Shown here: piece after piece, positions 38,826-48,888 of the stretch | Position numbering within the stretch: position 1 is the stretch's first letter | Layout: the number at the start of each line of letters is the position of its first letter | Assembly: GCF_036659555.1 (NCBI RefSeq) | Contig: NZ_JAVXCI010000002.1 | Coordinates: 715-64,714, forward strand | DNA length: 64,000 bases | Direction of reading: 5' to 3' | DNA from: Acinetobacter sp. | GTDB lineage: Bacteria; Pseudomonadota; Gammaproteobacteria; Pseudomonadales; Moraxellaceae | Notes under the pieces: generated by a model | Databases searched by the model: none | Seen by the model: only the letters and a program-made list of their open reading frames with translations | Told to the model about the DNA's origin: nothing | Program-made: the position numbers and the translations under genes

Positions 38826-39860
38826 CTATGAAATAGCGGTTAAATTGTCAATGATGCTGGCCAGCTTGAGATTGCCGGACTGCCATTTAGGCTGCTTGTC
38901 TTTGTCAATCAGCAGCGCGCGCACGCCTTCCATCAAATCGCCGTGCTCAAACCAGATATCCTGCAAATCGCGCTCCAGCTGCATGCACTGTTCCAGCGCC
39001 AGCCCGCGTCCCGCCTGCTGCAGCTTCAGGCTGCCCTGCTTGGCGACCAAAGAGCGCTGCTGCAGAATGCTGAGCGTCCGCGTGGCCCAAGCCTGATGCG
39101 CCGGATCGGCTTCATGCGCCAGGCTGTCTTCAATTTCCTCAATGCTTTGATGGGAAAAGTGCCGGTGAATAAGGTCTGACAAAGCCCTGAGCTGGCTGGC
39201 CTCCGGAGCGGTAATAAAGCGCGAAATCAGCTGTTCAATCTGCCCTTTACTAAGGTCTGGAGCCGCGGCGATGGCGGCCAGCAATTCATCCAGGCGCTCG
39301 CCCGGCACATGATAGTCAATCAGGTCAAGGTACAGCGCATCGCTGCTGCTGATCTGCTCGCCGCTGACGGCCAGATACACGCCCATGTCATCCAGCCGCG
39401 ACAGGAAATGCGTGGCGCCGACATCCGGGAAAAAGCCGATCGCGGTTTCAGGCATCGCAAAGCGCGATTTTCCGCTGCTGACTAAAATATGGCAGGCCTG
39501 CGCCAAGCCCAAGCCGCCGCCAAGCGCATAGCCGTCCAGCAAGGCCAGCACCGGTTTCGCATACTGGCGGATGGCACGCAGCATCGCGTATTCGGCAATG
39601 AAATACTCGCGGTAATCGCTGCTGCCACTTTTATAGGCATCATACAGATAGCGGATGTCGCCCCCGGCGCAAAAGGCTTTGGGGCTGCTGGAATTGATTA
39701 AAACCGCCTGGATGCTGGCGTCACTGCGCCAGCGCTCGAATTGCGCGCGGATGCCTTCAATCATCTGCATGGACAGGGCATTTAAATGGCTGGGGCGGTC
39801 CAGGGTAATAATGCCCAAAGCCCCCTGCACCGTGATGATTAAGTTATTTTCATGCTTCAT
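38826..39860 (-). CDS. 3-hydroxyisobutyryl-CoA hydrolase (crotonase superfamily)
   Basis: ITLDRPSHLNALS, AFCAGGDI, FAMPETAIGFFPDVG and EGVRALLIDKDKQPKW motifs. Confidence 0.9.
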   Translation of the reverse strand: MKHENNLIITVQGALGIITLDRPSHLNALSMQMIEGIRAQFERWRSDASIQAVLINSSSPKAFCAGGDIRYLYDAYKSGSSDYREYFIAEYAMLRAIRQYAKPVLALLDGYALGGGLGLAQACHILVSSGKSRFAMPETAIGFFPDVGATHFLSRLDDMGVYLAVSGEQISSSDALYLDLIDYHVPGERLDELLAAIAAAPDLSKGQIEQLISRFITAPEASQLRALSDLIHRHFSHQSIEEIEDSLAHEADPAHQAWATRTLSILQQRSLVAKQGSLKLQQAGRGLALEQCMQLERDLQDIWFEHGDLMEGVRALLIDKDKQPKWQSGNLKLASIIDNLTAIS

Positions 39861-39877
39861 GATCTGCTTCCCGCCCT

Positions 39878-40651
39878 TTATTGATTGGAAAATTCAGCGG
39901 CGCGCTTTTCGATGAATGCCCGCATCCCTTCCTTTTGATCCTGAGTGGCAAAAACCGAATGGAAGGTGCGGCGCTCAAAACGCAGCCCTTCCGCAAGGCT
40001 TACTTCAAAAGCGCGGTTAATCGACTCTTTGATCATCATGACCGCGCTCAGGGATTTTTCAGCAATTTTTTCCGCCGCCTGCAGGCTTTGCTGCAGCAGT
40101 TCCTCTTTTGGGAATACCCGCGCCGCCAGTCCGCTCTGTTCCGCTTCGGCAGCGCCCATTTGCCGCGCGGTCAGGCACATTTCCATCGCCTTGGCTTTGC
40201 CCACCGCCAAGGTCAGGCGCTGCGTGCCGCCGATGCCCGGAAGCACGCCTAAGGTGATTTCAGGCAAAGCGAATTTGGCGTTGTCGGCGCAGTAGATAAA
40301 GTCGCACATCAGGGCCAGCTCGCAGCCGCCGCCCAGCGCATAGCCGCTTACCGCAGCCAGCAGGGGCTTGCGGCGCTGCGCAATCCGGTCGGCCAGGCTG
40401 AAGAAATCATCAAAATAGATATTGGGAAAATCCAGTTCCGCCATTTCCTTAATATCCGCGCCGGCGGCGAAGGCTTTTTCTGAACCGGCCAGCACAATGC
40501 AGCCAATTCCCGGGTCTTTTTCCAGTTGGTCCAGCGCCTGATTGATCTCGCTGATCAGTTCAGTATTCAGCGCATTCAGCGCCTGCGGGCGGTTTAAGGT
40601 AATCAGCCCCACGCCGTTGTTCTTTTCCAGCAAAATTGTTTGCCATGCCAT
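39878..40651 (-). CDS. Enoyl-CoA hydratase
   Basis: AFAAGADIKEM, GYALGGGCELA and PGIGGTQRL motifs. Confidence 0.93.
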   Translation of the reverse strand: MAWQTILLEKNNGVGLITLNRPQALNALNTELISEINQALDQLEKDPGIGCIVLAGSEKAFAAGADIKEMAELDFPNIYFDDFFSLADRIAQRRKPLLAAVSGYALGGGCELALMCDFIYCADNAKFALPEITLGVLPGIGGTQRLTLAVGKAKAMEMCLTARQMGAAEAEQSGLAARVFPKEELLQQSLQAAEKIAEKSLSAVMMIKESINRAFEVSLAEGLRFERRTFHSVFATQDQKEGMRAFIEKRAAEFSNQ

Positions 40652-40674
40652 CATCTTTCTTATCCTTATTTCAC

Positions 40675-41802
40675 TTATAAGCTGCGCGCAATCACCAGGC
40701 GCTGAATGTCGCTGGTGCCTTCATAAATCTGGCAAATCCGCGCATCGCGGTAAATCCGCTCTATCGGGAAATCTTTTAAATAGCCGTAGCCGCCGAAAAT
40801 CTGCAGCGCCTGCGAGCATACGCGCTCGGTCATTTCCGAGGCGAACAGCTTGGCCATTGAGGCTTCCGTCAGGCAGGGCCGGCCGGCTTCCTTTAAGCGC
40901 GCCGCATGGTGAACCAGCTGCCGGGCCGCCTCAATTTCGGTGGCCATGCTGGCCAGGCGGAAGGAAATCGCCTGCTGTTCAAAAATCGGCTTGCCGAAAG
41001 CGCAGCGCTCTTTGGCATAGCGCGCAGCTTCGGTCAAGGCGGCGCGGGCCAGGCCGACCGCTTGCGCGCCAATGCCGATGCGCCCGCCTTCCAGATTGGC
41101 CAAGGCGATTTTCAAGCCGTCGCCTTCCTTGCCCAGCATCAGGCTTTTGTGAATGCGCACATCGGTTAAAGCTATCTGGCAGGTATCCGAGGCGTGCAGC
41201 CCGAGTTTTTCTTCCACCCGGATCACTTCATAGCCGGCGCTGTCGCGCGGAACTAAAAAGGCGCTCAGGCCTTTTTTTCCCGCGCCCGGGTCAGTCACGG
41301 CAAAGACGATAATGACCCCCGCGTTATGCCCCGAGGTAATAAACTGCTTGGCGCCATTTAAAATGTAGTCATCGCCGTCCTTCACCGCGCGCGTTTTGAT
41401 GGCGGCCGCATCGGAACCGGTGTGCGGCTCGGTCAGCGCAAATGCGCCGATCATCCGGCCCTGCGCCAGCGGCGTTAAAAAGCGCTGCTTCTGCTCATCC
41501 GTGCCGAATTTCAAAATAGGCACGCAGCCGACGGAATTATGCACGCTCATAATCGCCGAGGTCGCGCCGTCGGCAGCCGCCACTTCTTCCAGCGCCAGAA
41601 CATAGGCCAGATTGCCGGTGTCGGAACCGCCCCACTGTTCAGGCACCAGCATGCCCATAAAGCCCAGCTCGCCCATCTGCTGCAGGGCCTGCGCCGGAAA
41701 AATGCCTTTGGCGTCCCATTCGCTGGCGCAGGGCTTGATCTGCTCCTGCGCAAAGCTCCGCGCCATATCCTGAATCAGTACCTGTTCTTCGGTCAGCTGC
41801 AT
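40675..41802 (-). CDS. Short/branched-chain acyl-CoA dehydrogenase
   Basis: [28 protein letters not shown] and QIFGGYGY...[11 protein letters not shown] motifs. Confidence 0.93.
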   Translation of the reverse strand: MQLTEEQVLIQDMARSFAQEQIKPCASEWDAKGIFPAQALQQMGELGFMGMLVPEQWGGSDTGNLAYVLALEEVAAADGATSAIMSVHNSVGCVPILKFGTDEQKQRFLTPLAQGRMIGAFALTEPHTGSDAAAIKTRAVKDGDDYILNGAKQFITSGHNAGVIIVFAVTDPGAGKKGLSAFLVPRDSAGYEVIRVEEKLGLHASDTCQIALTDVRIHKSLMLGKEGDGLKIALANLEGGRIGIGAQAVGLARAALTEAARYAKERCAFGKPIFEQQAISFRLASMATEIEAARQLVHHAARLKEAGRPCLTEASMAKLFASEMTERVCSQALQIFGGYGYLKDFPIERIYRDARICQIYEGTSDIQRLVIARSL

Positions 41803-41827
41803 AAATTCATTCCTTTAAATTGCTGTA

Positions 41828-43483
41828 TTAAATTGCGCTGCCGGCGCCCTGCTGCTTGCTGATTTCCTGATTGCGCAGCAGAAAGCGCTGTATTTTGCCG
41901 CTCGGGGTTTTCGGCAGCTCCGCCACAAATTCCACCAGCCGCGGATAGGCATGCGCGGAAAGGCGCCTTTTCACAAACTGGCTCAGCTCTTCAGCCAGAT
42001 GCGCAGTCGGCTCCAGCCCTTTGGCCAGAATAATAAAGGCCTTCACCACTTCGGTGCGCTCCGGGTCAGGCACGCCAACCACCGCGGCCTCAATCACCGC
42101 ATCATGCTCCAGAAGGGCGCTTTCCACATCAAAGGGGCCAATCCGGTAGCCGGAGGTGGTAATCACATCATCGCTGCGCCCGACAAAGCTCATGCTGCCG
42201 TCGGCATGGATTTCCGCAGTGTCGCCGGTTAAGTAATAATGCCCGATAAACGGCGATTTCCGGCTTTCCTTATAGCCGCCGAACCACATCATCGGCGACT
42301 GATTCAGGTCGATGGCCAGAATGCCCGGGGTATCCTCCGCCAAGGCATTGCCCTGCGCGTCAATCACCGCAATTTTATAGCCGGGGCTGGCAAAACCGGC
42401 TGCGCCGGCGCGGATGGCGTGCTCAAGGCCGTGATGATTGCACACCACCATGCCGACTTCCGTCTGGCCGTAATGGTCATAAATCGGCGCGTCCAGAAGC
42501 TGGTCAAACCAGCGGATCACTTCAGGGTTCAATGGTTCGCCGGCGCTGCTGACGCGGCGGAACTGCCCGCGCAATGCGGCCATTTTCTGCGGGTCGGCGG
42601 CCATCATCATGCGGTAGGCGGTTGGCGCGCCGGCAAGGTTAGTCACCTGATAATCCTGCACAATCTGGCAGAAGCTGTCGATGCTGAAGCCGCCTTCGTA
42701 AAACAGGGTGGCATGGCCCAGCAGCAGCGGGCCGGTAATCGCATAGTACAATCCATATGCCCAGCCCGGGTCTGCAATATTCCAGAAGGCATCATCTTCC
42801 GCCAGCCCCACAGCGTCCTGCATATAGCGGCCAAAAGCAATCAAGGCCTTGAGCGGCACTTCCAGCGGCTTGGCCAGGCCGGTGGTGCCTGAAGTAAACA
42901 TCAGCAGGAAAGGGTCATTGATGCTGCGCATGGTGAGTTCGCACTGCTCCGGCTGCGCATCCAGCGCCTGCCAGAAATCAATGTCGCCTTCAGGCAGGCC
43001 TGAGCCATCTGCAGCCGCCACAGTAATAATGGCCGGACAGTCCGCCACTTCATCCAGCTTGCTGCGGTTGCCCATATCGGTCACCACAAACTTGCTTTGC
43101 GCCAGCTGCACGCGGTGCTCAATGGCTTTGGGGCCGAAAGCGGTAAATAGCGGCTGGTATACGGCGCCGATGCGCCAGGCCGCCAGAATGGTGATCACCA
43201 GCTCGGCTGTGCGCGGCAGCAGCCCGGAAACCCGGTCGCCGGCTTGCACACCTTGCGACTTCAGGTAATTGGCGAATTGGCTGGCGCGCTGCTGCAGCTG
43301 CTTAAAGGTGTACTGTTCCCTTCGCCCGTCAATGCCTTGCCAGTAGATGGCCACTTTGTCCGACGCCGCGTGGCGGTCGCAGCATTCATAGCAGGCATTC
43401 AGCGCATCCAGCGAGCCTGAAAGCAGCTGGGCCGCCGCCTTATTCAAGTCAAATTCTTGAGCAGCTTCTTGATATTTCAACAT
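41828..43483 (-). CDS. Acyl-CoA synthetase (AMP-forming)
   Basis: FTSGTTGLAK, YGQTE, GRSDDVI and LPKTPSGKIQR motifs. Confidence 0.93.
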   Translation of the reverse strand: MLKYQEAAQEFDLNKAAAQLLSGSLDALNACYECCDRHAASDKVAIYWQGIDGRREQYTFKQLQQRASQFANYLKSQGVQAGDRVSGLLPRTAELVITILAAWRIGAVYQPLFTAFGPKAIEHRVQLAQSKFVVTDMGNRSKLDEVADCPAIITVAAADGSGLPEGDIDFWQALDAQPEQCELTMRSINDPFLLMFTSGTTGLAKPLEVPLKALIAFGRYMQDAVGLAEDDAFWNIADPGWAYGLYYAITGPLLLGHATLFYEGGFSIDSFCQIVQDYQVTNLAGAPTAYRMMMAADPQKMAALRGQFRRVSSAGEPLNPEVIRWFDQLLDAPIYDHYGQTEVGMVVCNHHGLEHAIRAGAAGFASPGYKIAVIDAQGNALAEDTPGILAIDLNQSPMMWFGGYKESRKSPFIGHYYLTGDTAEIHADGSMSFVGRSDDVITTSGYRIGPFDVESALLEHDAVIEAAVVGVPDPERTEVVKAFIILAKGLEPTAHLAEELSQFVKRRLSAHAYPRLVEFVAELPKTPSGKIQRFLLRNQEISKQQGAGSAI

Positions 43484-43568
43484 AATTTCAACCTCAGTCT
43501 AGCGTTGTTCTTATTCACGACAGAGTTTTTATTTTTTCAAGCGGCCATCCTCTGGCCCGGTCCGGCAG

Positions 43569-44459
43569 TCAGCCCGCATGCGGCTGATACTGCTGGATTA
43601 CGCTTGAAAAGTCCAAGTGGCTGCTGCCTTTCAGGCACAGCTGCTGGTAAATCTGCTGCACCAGCCCGCCCAGCAGCACCGGCTGCTTGGCCTGCGCCGC
43701 CGCTTCAATCGCCAGGCCTAAGTCCTTCAGCATCAGCTGATTGGCGAAACCGTCCTGATAATCGCGGCCGGCAGGCGCATTTTCACTGATGCCCGGCCAT
43801 GGATTGCAGACTTCCGAACTCCAGCAGCGCCCGCTGGAACTGTTGACCACGCCGGCCAAAGCCTGAGGGTCAATGCCCAGTTTTGCGCCCAGCGCCATGC
43901 CTTCAGCCACCGCGGTCATCGAAATGCCTAAAATCAGGTTATTGCAGATTTTTGCGATTTGGCCAGCGCCGACCGCGCCGCAGGACACTGTATTCTTGCC
44001 CATTAAGGCCAGAATCGGCTGCGCAGCCGCATAGGTCTGCGCGTCCGCGCCCACCATAAAGGTCAGGGTGCCGGCTTTGGCGCCAATCGTGCCGCCTGAA
44101 ACCGGCGCATCGCAGACCTGAATGCCCTGCTGCTGCGCCTGCGCGGCGATGTCTTTAATGGTCTGCGGGTCAATGGTGCTGCAGTCGATGCATAGGCTGC
44201 CGGCCTGCAAAACCGCCAGCACGCCCTCTTCGCCCAGGTACACTTCGCGCACATGCTTGGCTGCCGGCAGCATGGTAATGACAATATCAGCCTGCCGGGC
44301 GGCCGCCTGCGGGCTGCCGCAAACCACTCCGCCGCCGGCTGCGAAATGCTGCAGCGCCTTTTCACTTAAGTCATAGCCAAAAACATTTTCCCCGGCTTGC
44401 AGCAGATTCTGCGCCATGGAGCTGCCCATGTTGCCCAGGCCAATAAATGCAATATTCAT
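43569..44459 (-). CDS. mmsB: 3-hydroxyisobutyrate dehydrogenase
   Basis: IAFIGLGNMG, DAPVSGG, KICNNL and FANQLMLKDLGLA motifs. Confidence 0.93.
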   Translation of the reverse strand: MNIAFIGLGNMGSSMAQNLLQAGENVFGYDLSEKALQHFAAGGGVVCGSPQAAARQADIVITMLPAAKHVREVYLGEEGVLAVLQAGSLCIDCSTIDPQTIKDIAAQAQQQGIQVCDAPVSGGTIGAKAGTLTFMVGADAQTYAAAQPILALMGKNTVSCGAVGAGQIAKICNNLILGISMTAVAEGMALGAKLGIDPQALAGVVNSSSGRCWSSEVCNPWPGISENAPAGRDYQDGFANQLMLKDLGLAIEAAAQAKQPVLLGGLVQQIYQQLCLKGSSHLDFSSVIQQYQPHAG

Positions 44460-44470
44460 GCTCGCTCTCC

Positions 44471-45988
44471 TTAGCGCAGATTAATCGTGGTATTGACTTC
44501 GGCGGTTTCCTGCGTGTCTTCAAACCAGCGGCTGGTCACGGTTTTAGTCTGGGTATAGAACTGCACCGCCTGCTTGCCGTAGGGGCCTAAATCGCCGAGT
44601 TTTGAGCCGCGCGAACCGGTAAAGCTGAAGAACGGCACTGGAACCGGAATTGGAATATTGATGCCGACTTGGCCGATATTGATCTGATGCTGGAAAGTGC
44701 GCGCCGTGGCGCCGCTTTGCGTGAACAGGCCAACGCCGTTGCCGAATGGATTGGCATTCACCAGCGCAATGGCTTCCTCCAAAGTATCAACGCAGATGAT
44801 TGCCAGCACAGGCCCGAAAATTTCTTCCTTATAGATGCGCATATCGGCAGTCACCTGGCTGAAGATGGTCTGGCCGACAAAGTTGCCCTGCTCATAGCCT
44901 TCAACCTGCACGCCGCGGCCATCCAGCAGCAGCTTGGCGCCTTCCGCAACCCCGCTGCCGATTAAATCCAGCACCCGCTGCTTGGCGCGCGCTGAAATCA
45001 CCGGGCCGATATCGGTATTCGGCTCATGGCCGGCATTGACGCTGAGGGTTTTGGCCTTTTCCACCAAGGCCTCAATCCAGTTTTTGCTTTCGCCCACCAT
45101 CACCGCAACAGACAAGGCCATGCAGCGCTGTCCAGCCGCGCCGAAAGCCGCGCCAACCAAGGCATTCAGGGTCTGCTCCTTATTGGCGTCCGGCATGACC
45201 ACGGCATGGTTTTTGGCGCCCATCATCGACTGCACGCGCTTGCCATGCTGCCCCGCCAGGTTGTAGACATGGGTGCCGACATGAGTCGAGCCGACAAAAG
45301 AAATGGCCTGAATATCCTTGTGCGTGCACAGCATATCCACCACTTCCTTGCCGCCATGCACCACGTTTAAAACCCCGGCCGGCACACCGGCCTGCACTGC
45401 CAGCTCAACCAGCATCATGGTTGAAAGCGGGTCCTGTTCAGACGGCTTCAGCACAAAGGTATTGCCGCAGGCAATCGCCATCGGGAACATCCACAGGGGA
45501 ATCATTGCCGGAAAGTTGAATGGCGTAATGCCTGCGCACACCCCCAAAGGCTGCTGCAGGGTATAGGTGTCCACGCCGCGCGCCACGCCTTCGGTATATT
45601 CGCCCATCTGCAGGGTGCCAATGGAGCAGGCATGCTCAACCACTTCCAGCCCGCGCTGAATATCGCCTTCGGCATCCGCTAAAGTCTTGCCCTGTTCTGC
45701 CGTCAATACTTTGGCAATCTCTTTGGCATTGGCCCGGATCAGCTCCTGAAGCTTCAGCATAATGCGCATGCGCGCCTGAATCGGCGTCTGGCGCCAGTCC
45801 GCAAAGGCGTTCTGCGCCGCCGCAATGGCCGCGTTCACCTCATCCGGCGTGGCGAACGGCACCCGCCCCAGCACTTCCTGCGTTGCGGGATTGACAATAT
45901 CCTGCCACTGCTGCGTTTTTGATTCGACAAATTCACCGTTAATTAAAAGCTGCGCATTATTGAGCTGTATTTTATGAACCGCGTTCAT
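44471..45988 (-). CDS. mmsA: CoA-acylating methylmalonate-semialdehyde dehydrogenase
   Basis: ITPFNFPAMIPLWMFP, MGAKNH, GAAGQRCMA and EEIFGPV motifs. Start placed at MNAVHK after a GAG-rich RBS. Confidence 0.95.
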   Translation of the reverse strand: MNAVHKIQLNNAQLLINGEFVESKTQQWQDIVNPATQEVLGRVPFATPDEVNAAIAAAQNAFADWRQTPIQARMRIMLKLQELIRANAKEIAKVLTAEQGKTLADAEGDIQRGLEVVEHACSIGTLQMGEYTEGVARGVDTYTLQQPLGVCAGITPFNFPAMIPLWMFPMAIACGNTFVLKPSEQDPLSTMMLVELAVQAGVPAGVLNVVHGGKEVVDMLCTHKDIQAISFVGSTHVGTHVYNLAGQHGKRVQSMMGAKNHAVVMPDANKEQTLNALVGAAFGAAGQRCMALSVAVMVGESKNWIEALVEKAKTLSVNAGHEPNTDIGPVISARAKQRVLDLIGSGVAEGAKLLLDGRGVQVEGYEQGNFVGQTIFSQVTADMRIYKEEIFGPVLAIICVDTLEEAIALVNANPFGNGVGLFTQSGATARTFQHQINIGQVGINIPIPVPVPFFSFTGSRGSKLGDLGPYGKQAVQFYTQTKTVTSRWFEDTQETAEVNTTINLR

Positions 45989-46153
45989 GGCCTCTCCTTG
46001 GGTCATCATTTTTATTGTGCTTGCGCCGGCAGGCATCATCATCATGGCGCTGCCTGCCGCTGCGTTAAAATCAGACTAGCAAATATCCCTTTGACCACCT
46101 ACGCAAATTAGTGCACGATCAATGTGCGAATTTGCACAGGATGTGGCAATACA

Positions 46154-47047
46154 ATGAAAATCGACTGGGATCATTTACACTTTTTTCTGGTCTTGGCGCG
46201 CGCCAGAACCCTGACCAGCGCAGCCCGGATTATCGGCGTCGAACACAGCACCGTGGCCCGGCGCATTCAGGCGCTGGAGCTGGCTTTAGGCACGCAGCTG
46301 TTCAGGCGCGAAGCCACAGGCTACGAGCTGACGCTGGAAGGAATGGCGCTGGTGCCGCGCATTGAACAGATGGAGCAGGCCTATCTGCAGATTGAAAAGC
46401 CGCACAATCCGCTGGAAGGCCGTGTGCGAATCGGCGCACCCGAAGGCTTCGGCACGGCGTTCCTTACCGGGCTGCTGGTGGCGTTTTCCCGGCACTATCC
46501 GTCCATTACCATCGACCTGATTCCTGTGCCGAAAATGGTCAAGCTGTCGCACCGCGAAGCCGATATTGTCATTTCAATTGACCGCCCGAAATCAGGCCCC
46601 TACATCATCACCCGCCTGACCGATTACTGCCTGAAGATTTACGGAAGCAAAGCCTATCTGGCGGCCTCCCCAGCCATTCGCAGCCTTGAAGACTTAAATC
46701 AGCACCGCTTTGTGAATTATATTGATGACTTGATTTACAGCCCGGAGCTGTACTGCCTGGAGCGCCTGCCGCTGCAGCTCACTGCAAATTTCCGCAGCAG
46801 CAGCATACTGGCGCAGCAGCTGGCGGTAAGCGCCGGCGCAGGGCTGGCGATCCTGCCGAAATTTTTAGCCGAAGACAAGCCGGAGCTGGAGCAGGTGCTG
46901 CATCCGCAGATCCGCTTTACCCATACCTTCTGGATGCTGACCCTGGTCGATCTGCAGCATGAGCCGAGGATTAAGCTGGTGTGGGATTTCCTGCGCAAGC
47001 AGGTCGATGCGCAGCAGCATTTATTAATGGATTTAAGCGCCGCCTAA
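46154..47047 (+). CDS. LysR regulator divergent from the mms operon
   Basis: DWDHL..FL..AR..TL..AA...HSTVARRI HTH plus a substrate-binding domain. Confidence 0.92.
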   Translation: MKIDWDHLHFFLVLARARTLTSAARIIGVEHSTVARRIQALELALGTQLFRREATGYELTLEGMALVPRIEQMEQAYLQIEKPHNPLEGRVRIGAPEGFGTAFLTGLLVAFSRHYPSITIDLIPVPKMVKLSHREADIVISIDRPKSGPYIITRLTDYCLKIYGSKAYLAASPAIRSLEDLNQHRFVNYIDDLIYSPELYCLERLPLQLTANFRSSSILAQQLAVSAGAGLAILPKFLAEDKPELEQVLHPQIRFTHTFWMLTLVDLQHEPRIKLVWDFLRKQVDAQQHLLMDLSAA

Positions 47048-47120
47048 ACGCGCTGCCGGCTGAAAAATGCGTGATGAAAGCGCGCCAAAACAGCAGCATG
47101 CACTTTTCCGGCCATTCCCG

Positions 47121-47148
47121 CTTTAAATTTTCCGCGCAGCCCCCATCT
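47121..47148 (+). promoter_or_regulatory. Candidate sigma32 promoter of the frnE-like gene
   Basis: CTTTAAA-13 bp-CCCCATCT against consensus CTTGAAA-N13/14-CCCCATNT. Confidence 0.5.
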
Positions 47149-47177
47149 ATCCCCCAAGCAAGAAATAGAGATAGCGC

Positions 47178-47864
47178 ATGCGTGTAGATATTTGGTCTGA
47201 TGTGGTTTGCCCATTTTGCTATATCGGCAAAAAACGCCTGGAATCGGCGGCTGCCGAGGCTGGGGTAGAACTGGAAGTGCATTGGCACAGCTTTCAGCTG
47301 GATGCAGATGCGCCGGCACGCCAGGAAATTTCCAACTCGGAGCGCCTGGCGCAGAAATACGGCCGCACGCTGGCGGAAGTCGAAGAAATGCAGCGCAATA
47401 TCGCCGCCATGGCGCAGCAGGAAGGCATTCAGTTCAACTGGGAAAATGCCAATTCCGGCAATACCTTCAATGCGCACCGCATTATTCATTTGGCGCAAAG
47501 CAAAGGCTTAGGCTCCGAAGCGGAAGAAGCATTTTTCTTCAGCTACATGACCCAGGGCTTGGCCATCGGCGAACGCGAAACGCTGGAAGATGTCGCTTCA
47601 CGGATTGGCTTAAATCCGGTTGAGGTGGATGACTTGCTGGACTCTGACCAGTATGCCGACTTTGTGAAATTTGATCAGGAAGTGGCCCGCGACCAGCTGA
47701 AAGTGACCGGCGTGCCTTTCTTTGTCTTTGATCAGCGCATCGCTTTGGCCGGCGCGCAGCCGAAAGAAGTGTTCCTGCAGGTGCTGGAAAAAGCGCAGGA
47801 AGCGCCGGCGGCGGATAATGCGCCGCAGTGCGCGGATGACGCCTGCGACCTGCCTGAAAAATAG
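47178..47864 (+). CDS. DsbA family FrnE-like oxidoreductase
   Basis: WSDVVCPFCYIGK, NTFNAHR and GVPFFVF...GAQP motifs; C-terminal CxxxxC tail. Confidence 0.9.
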   Translation: MRVDIWSDVVCPFCYIGKKRLESAAAEAGVELEVHWHSFQLDADAPARQEISNSERLAQKYGRTLAEVEEMQRNIAAMAQQEGIQFNWENANSGNTFNAHRIIHLAQSKGLGSEAEEAFFFSYMTQGLAIGERETLEDVASRIGLNPVEVDDLLDSDQYADFVKFDQEVARDQLKVTGVPFFVFDQRIALAGAQPKEVFLQVLEKAQEAPAADNAPQCADDACDLPEK

Positions 47865-48055
47865 CCGCCTGCCGGGCTTAAGCCCGGAAAGCTGGACAGC
47901 GTTAAGGACGGATTGCCGCATGCCGCGGCAATCCGTCCTTTTTATTTGGCCTGAATTCCTCATGCACGCGGATCTCTGCATTCAGCGCATATTCCAGTTC
48001 ATCCACCTGACGCTGAACTCAGCGCTGCCTGCAGCAGAGCCAGCCATGGGCTGGG

Positions 48056-48664
48056 CTACTGAAAATTCGCCAGCAGAAGGAGCATCCCCAGCAGGCTCAG
48101 CAGCGAGCCAATGATTCTATTGACGGCAGCCTGCTGGCTCAGCATTTTCCGCCACAATACCGCGGATGAAAACAGCACGGCAACAGCTGAAAACCATGCC
48201 AAGTGGGCAAAAGACATGAATAGGCCATAGCCTAAAAGAACTATTTTTGGCGCGCTCAGGCTAACAATCTGGGTATAAATGCTGATGACGAATAAAGCCG
48301 TCTTCGGATTTAATGCATTGGTAAAGAACCCATATTTTAAAGACTGCATTGCATTTGCCTTCAGGCTTGAATCCAGTTCGGCTGCGGGAGCCTGAGAAAA
48401 AGCTTTATAGCCGATATAGATCAAATAGGCAGCCCCAATAGGCTTCATCAGCGTGAGCAGCTGCGGGAGCCGCTCCAGAATGAAAGCTGCAGCCGTCACT
48501 GCATAAGCCGCATGGAATAATACGCTGAAGGCGATGCCCAGTGCAGTAAGCACGCCGATTTTACGGCCATACAGATAACTGTTTTTGGTGACGATGGCAA
48601 AATCTGCGCCGGGGCTGATCACAGCGAGCAGAGTAATGCCGGCTGCAGCCGTAAGCTCCCCCAT
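48056..48664 (-). CDS. LysE/RhtB family amino-acid exporter
   Basis: SPGADF, GAAYLIYIG and GFFTNALNPK motifs. Confidence 0.9.
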   Translation of the reverse strand: MGELTAAAGITLLAVISPGADFAIVTKNSYLYGRKIGVLTALGIAFSVLFHAAYAVTAAAFILERLPQLLTLMKPIGAAYLIYIGYKAFSQAPAAELDSSLKANAMQSLKYGFFTNALNPKTALFVISIYTQIVSLSAPKIVLLGYGLFMSFAHLAWFSAVAVLFSSAVLWRKMLSQQAAVNRIIGSLLSLLGMLLLLANFQ

Positions 48665-48888
48665 CAGCTATTCCCTTTGTTCATGCTATATTGCAGTTTA
48701 AGCTGCGCTGCCCTGCTGGCAGAAAGGGCCTGAATTGAATTCCGGCTGTCTTTCTCAATAAAATTGCAATAAATAAGGATATTTTTCATATATTTAAGTC
48801 TGACATGCAGTTTAAGACAGGCTTATTCTGCAGCAATTTCAAAAAATTAAAATTGAATAAATTTCCGCACAGATGATGAGTTTTTGGA

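Noticed and set aside
38611-39096. 161-aa plus-strand ORF
   Set aside because: Starts in REP-like repeat DNA and is antisense to the hydrolase gene.
47940-48055. Possible pseudogene fragment (QRQVDELEYALNAEIRVHEEF) and weak cagccat...gctactg similarity at both ends of the lysE-lysR module
   Set aside because: Too short and degenerate to call a pseudogene or target duplication without comparative data.
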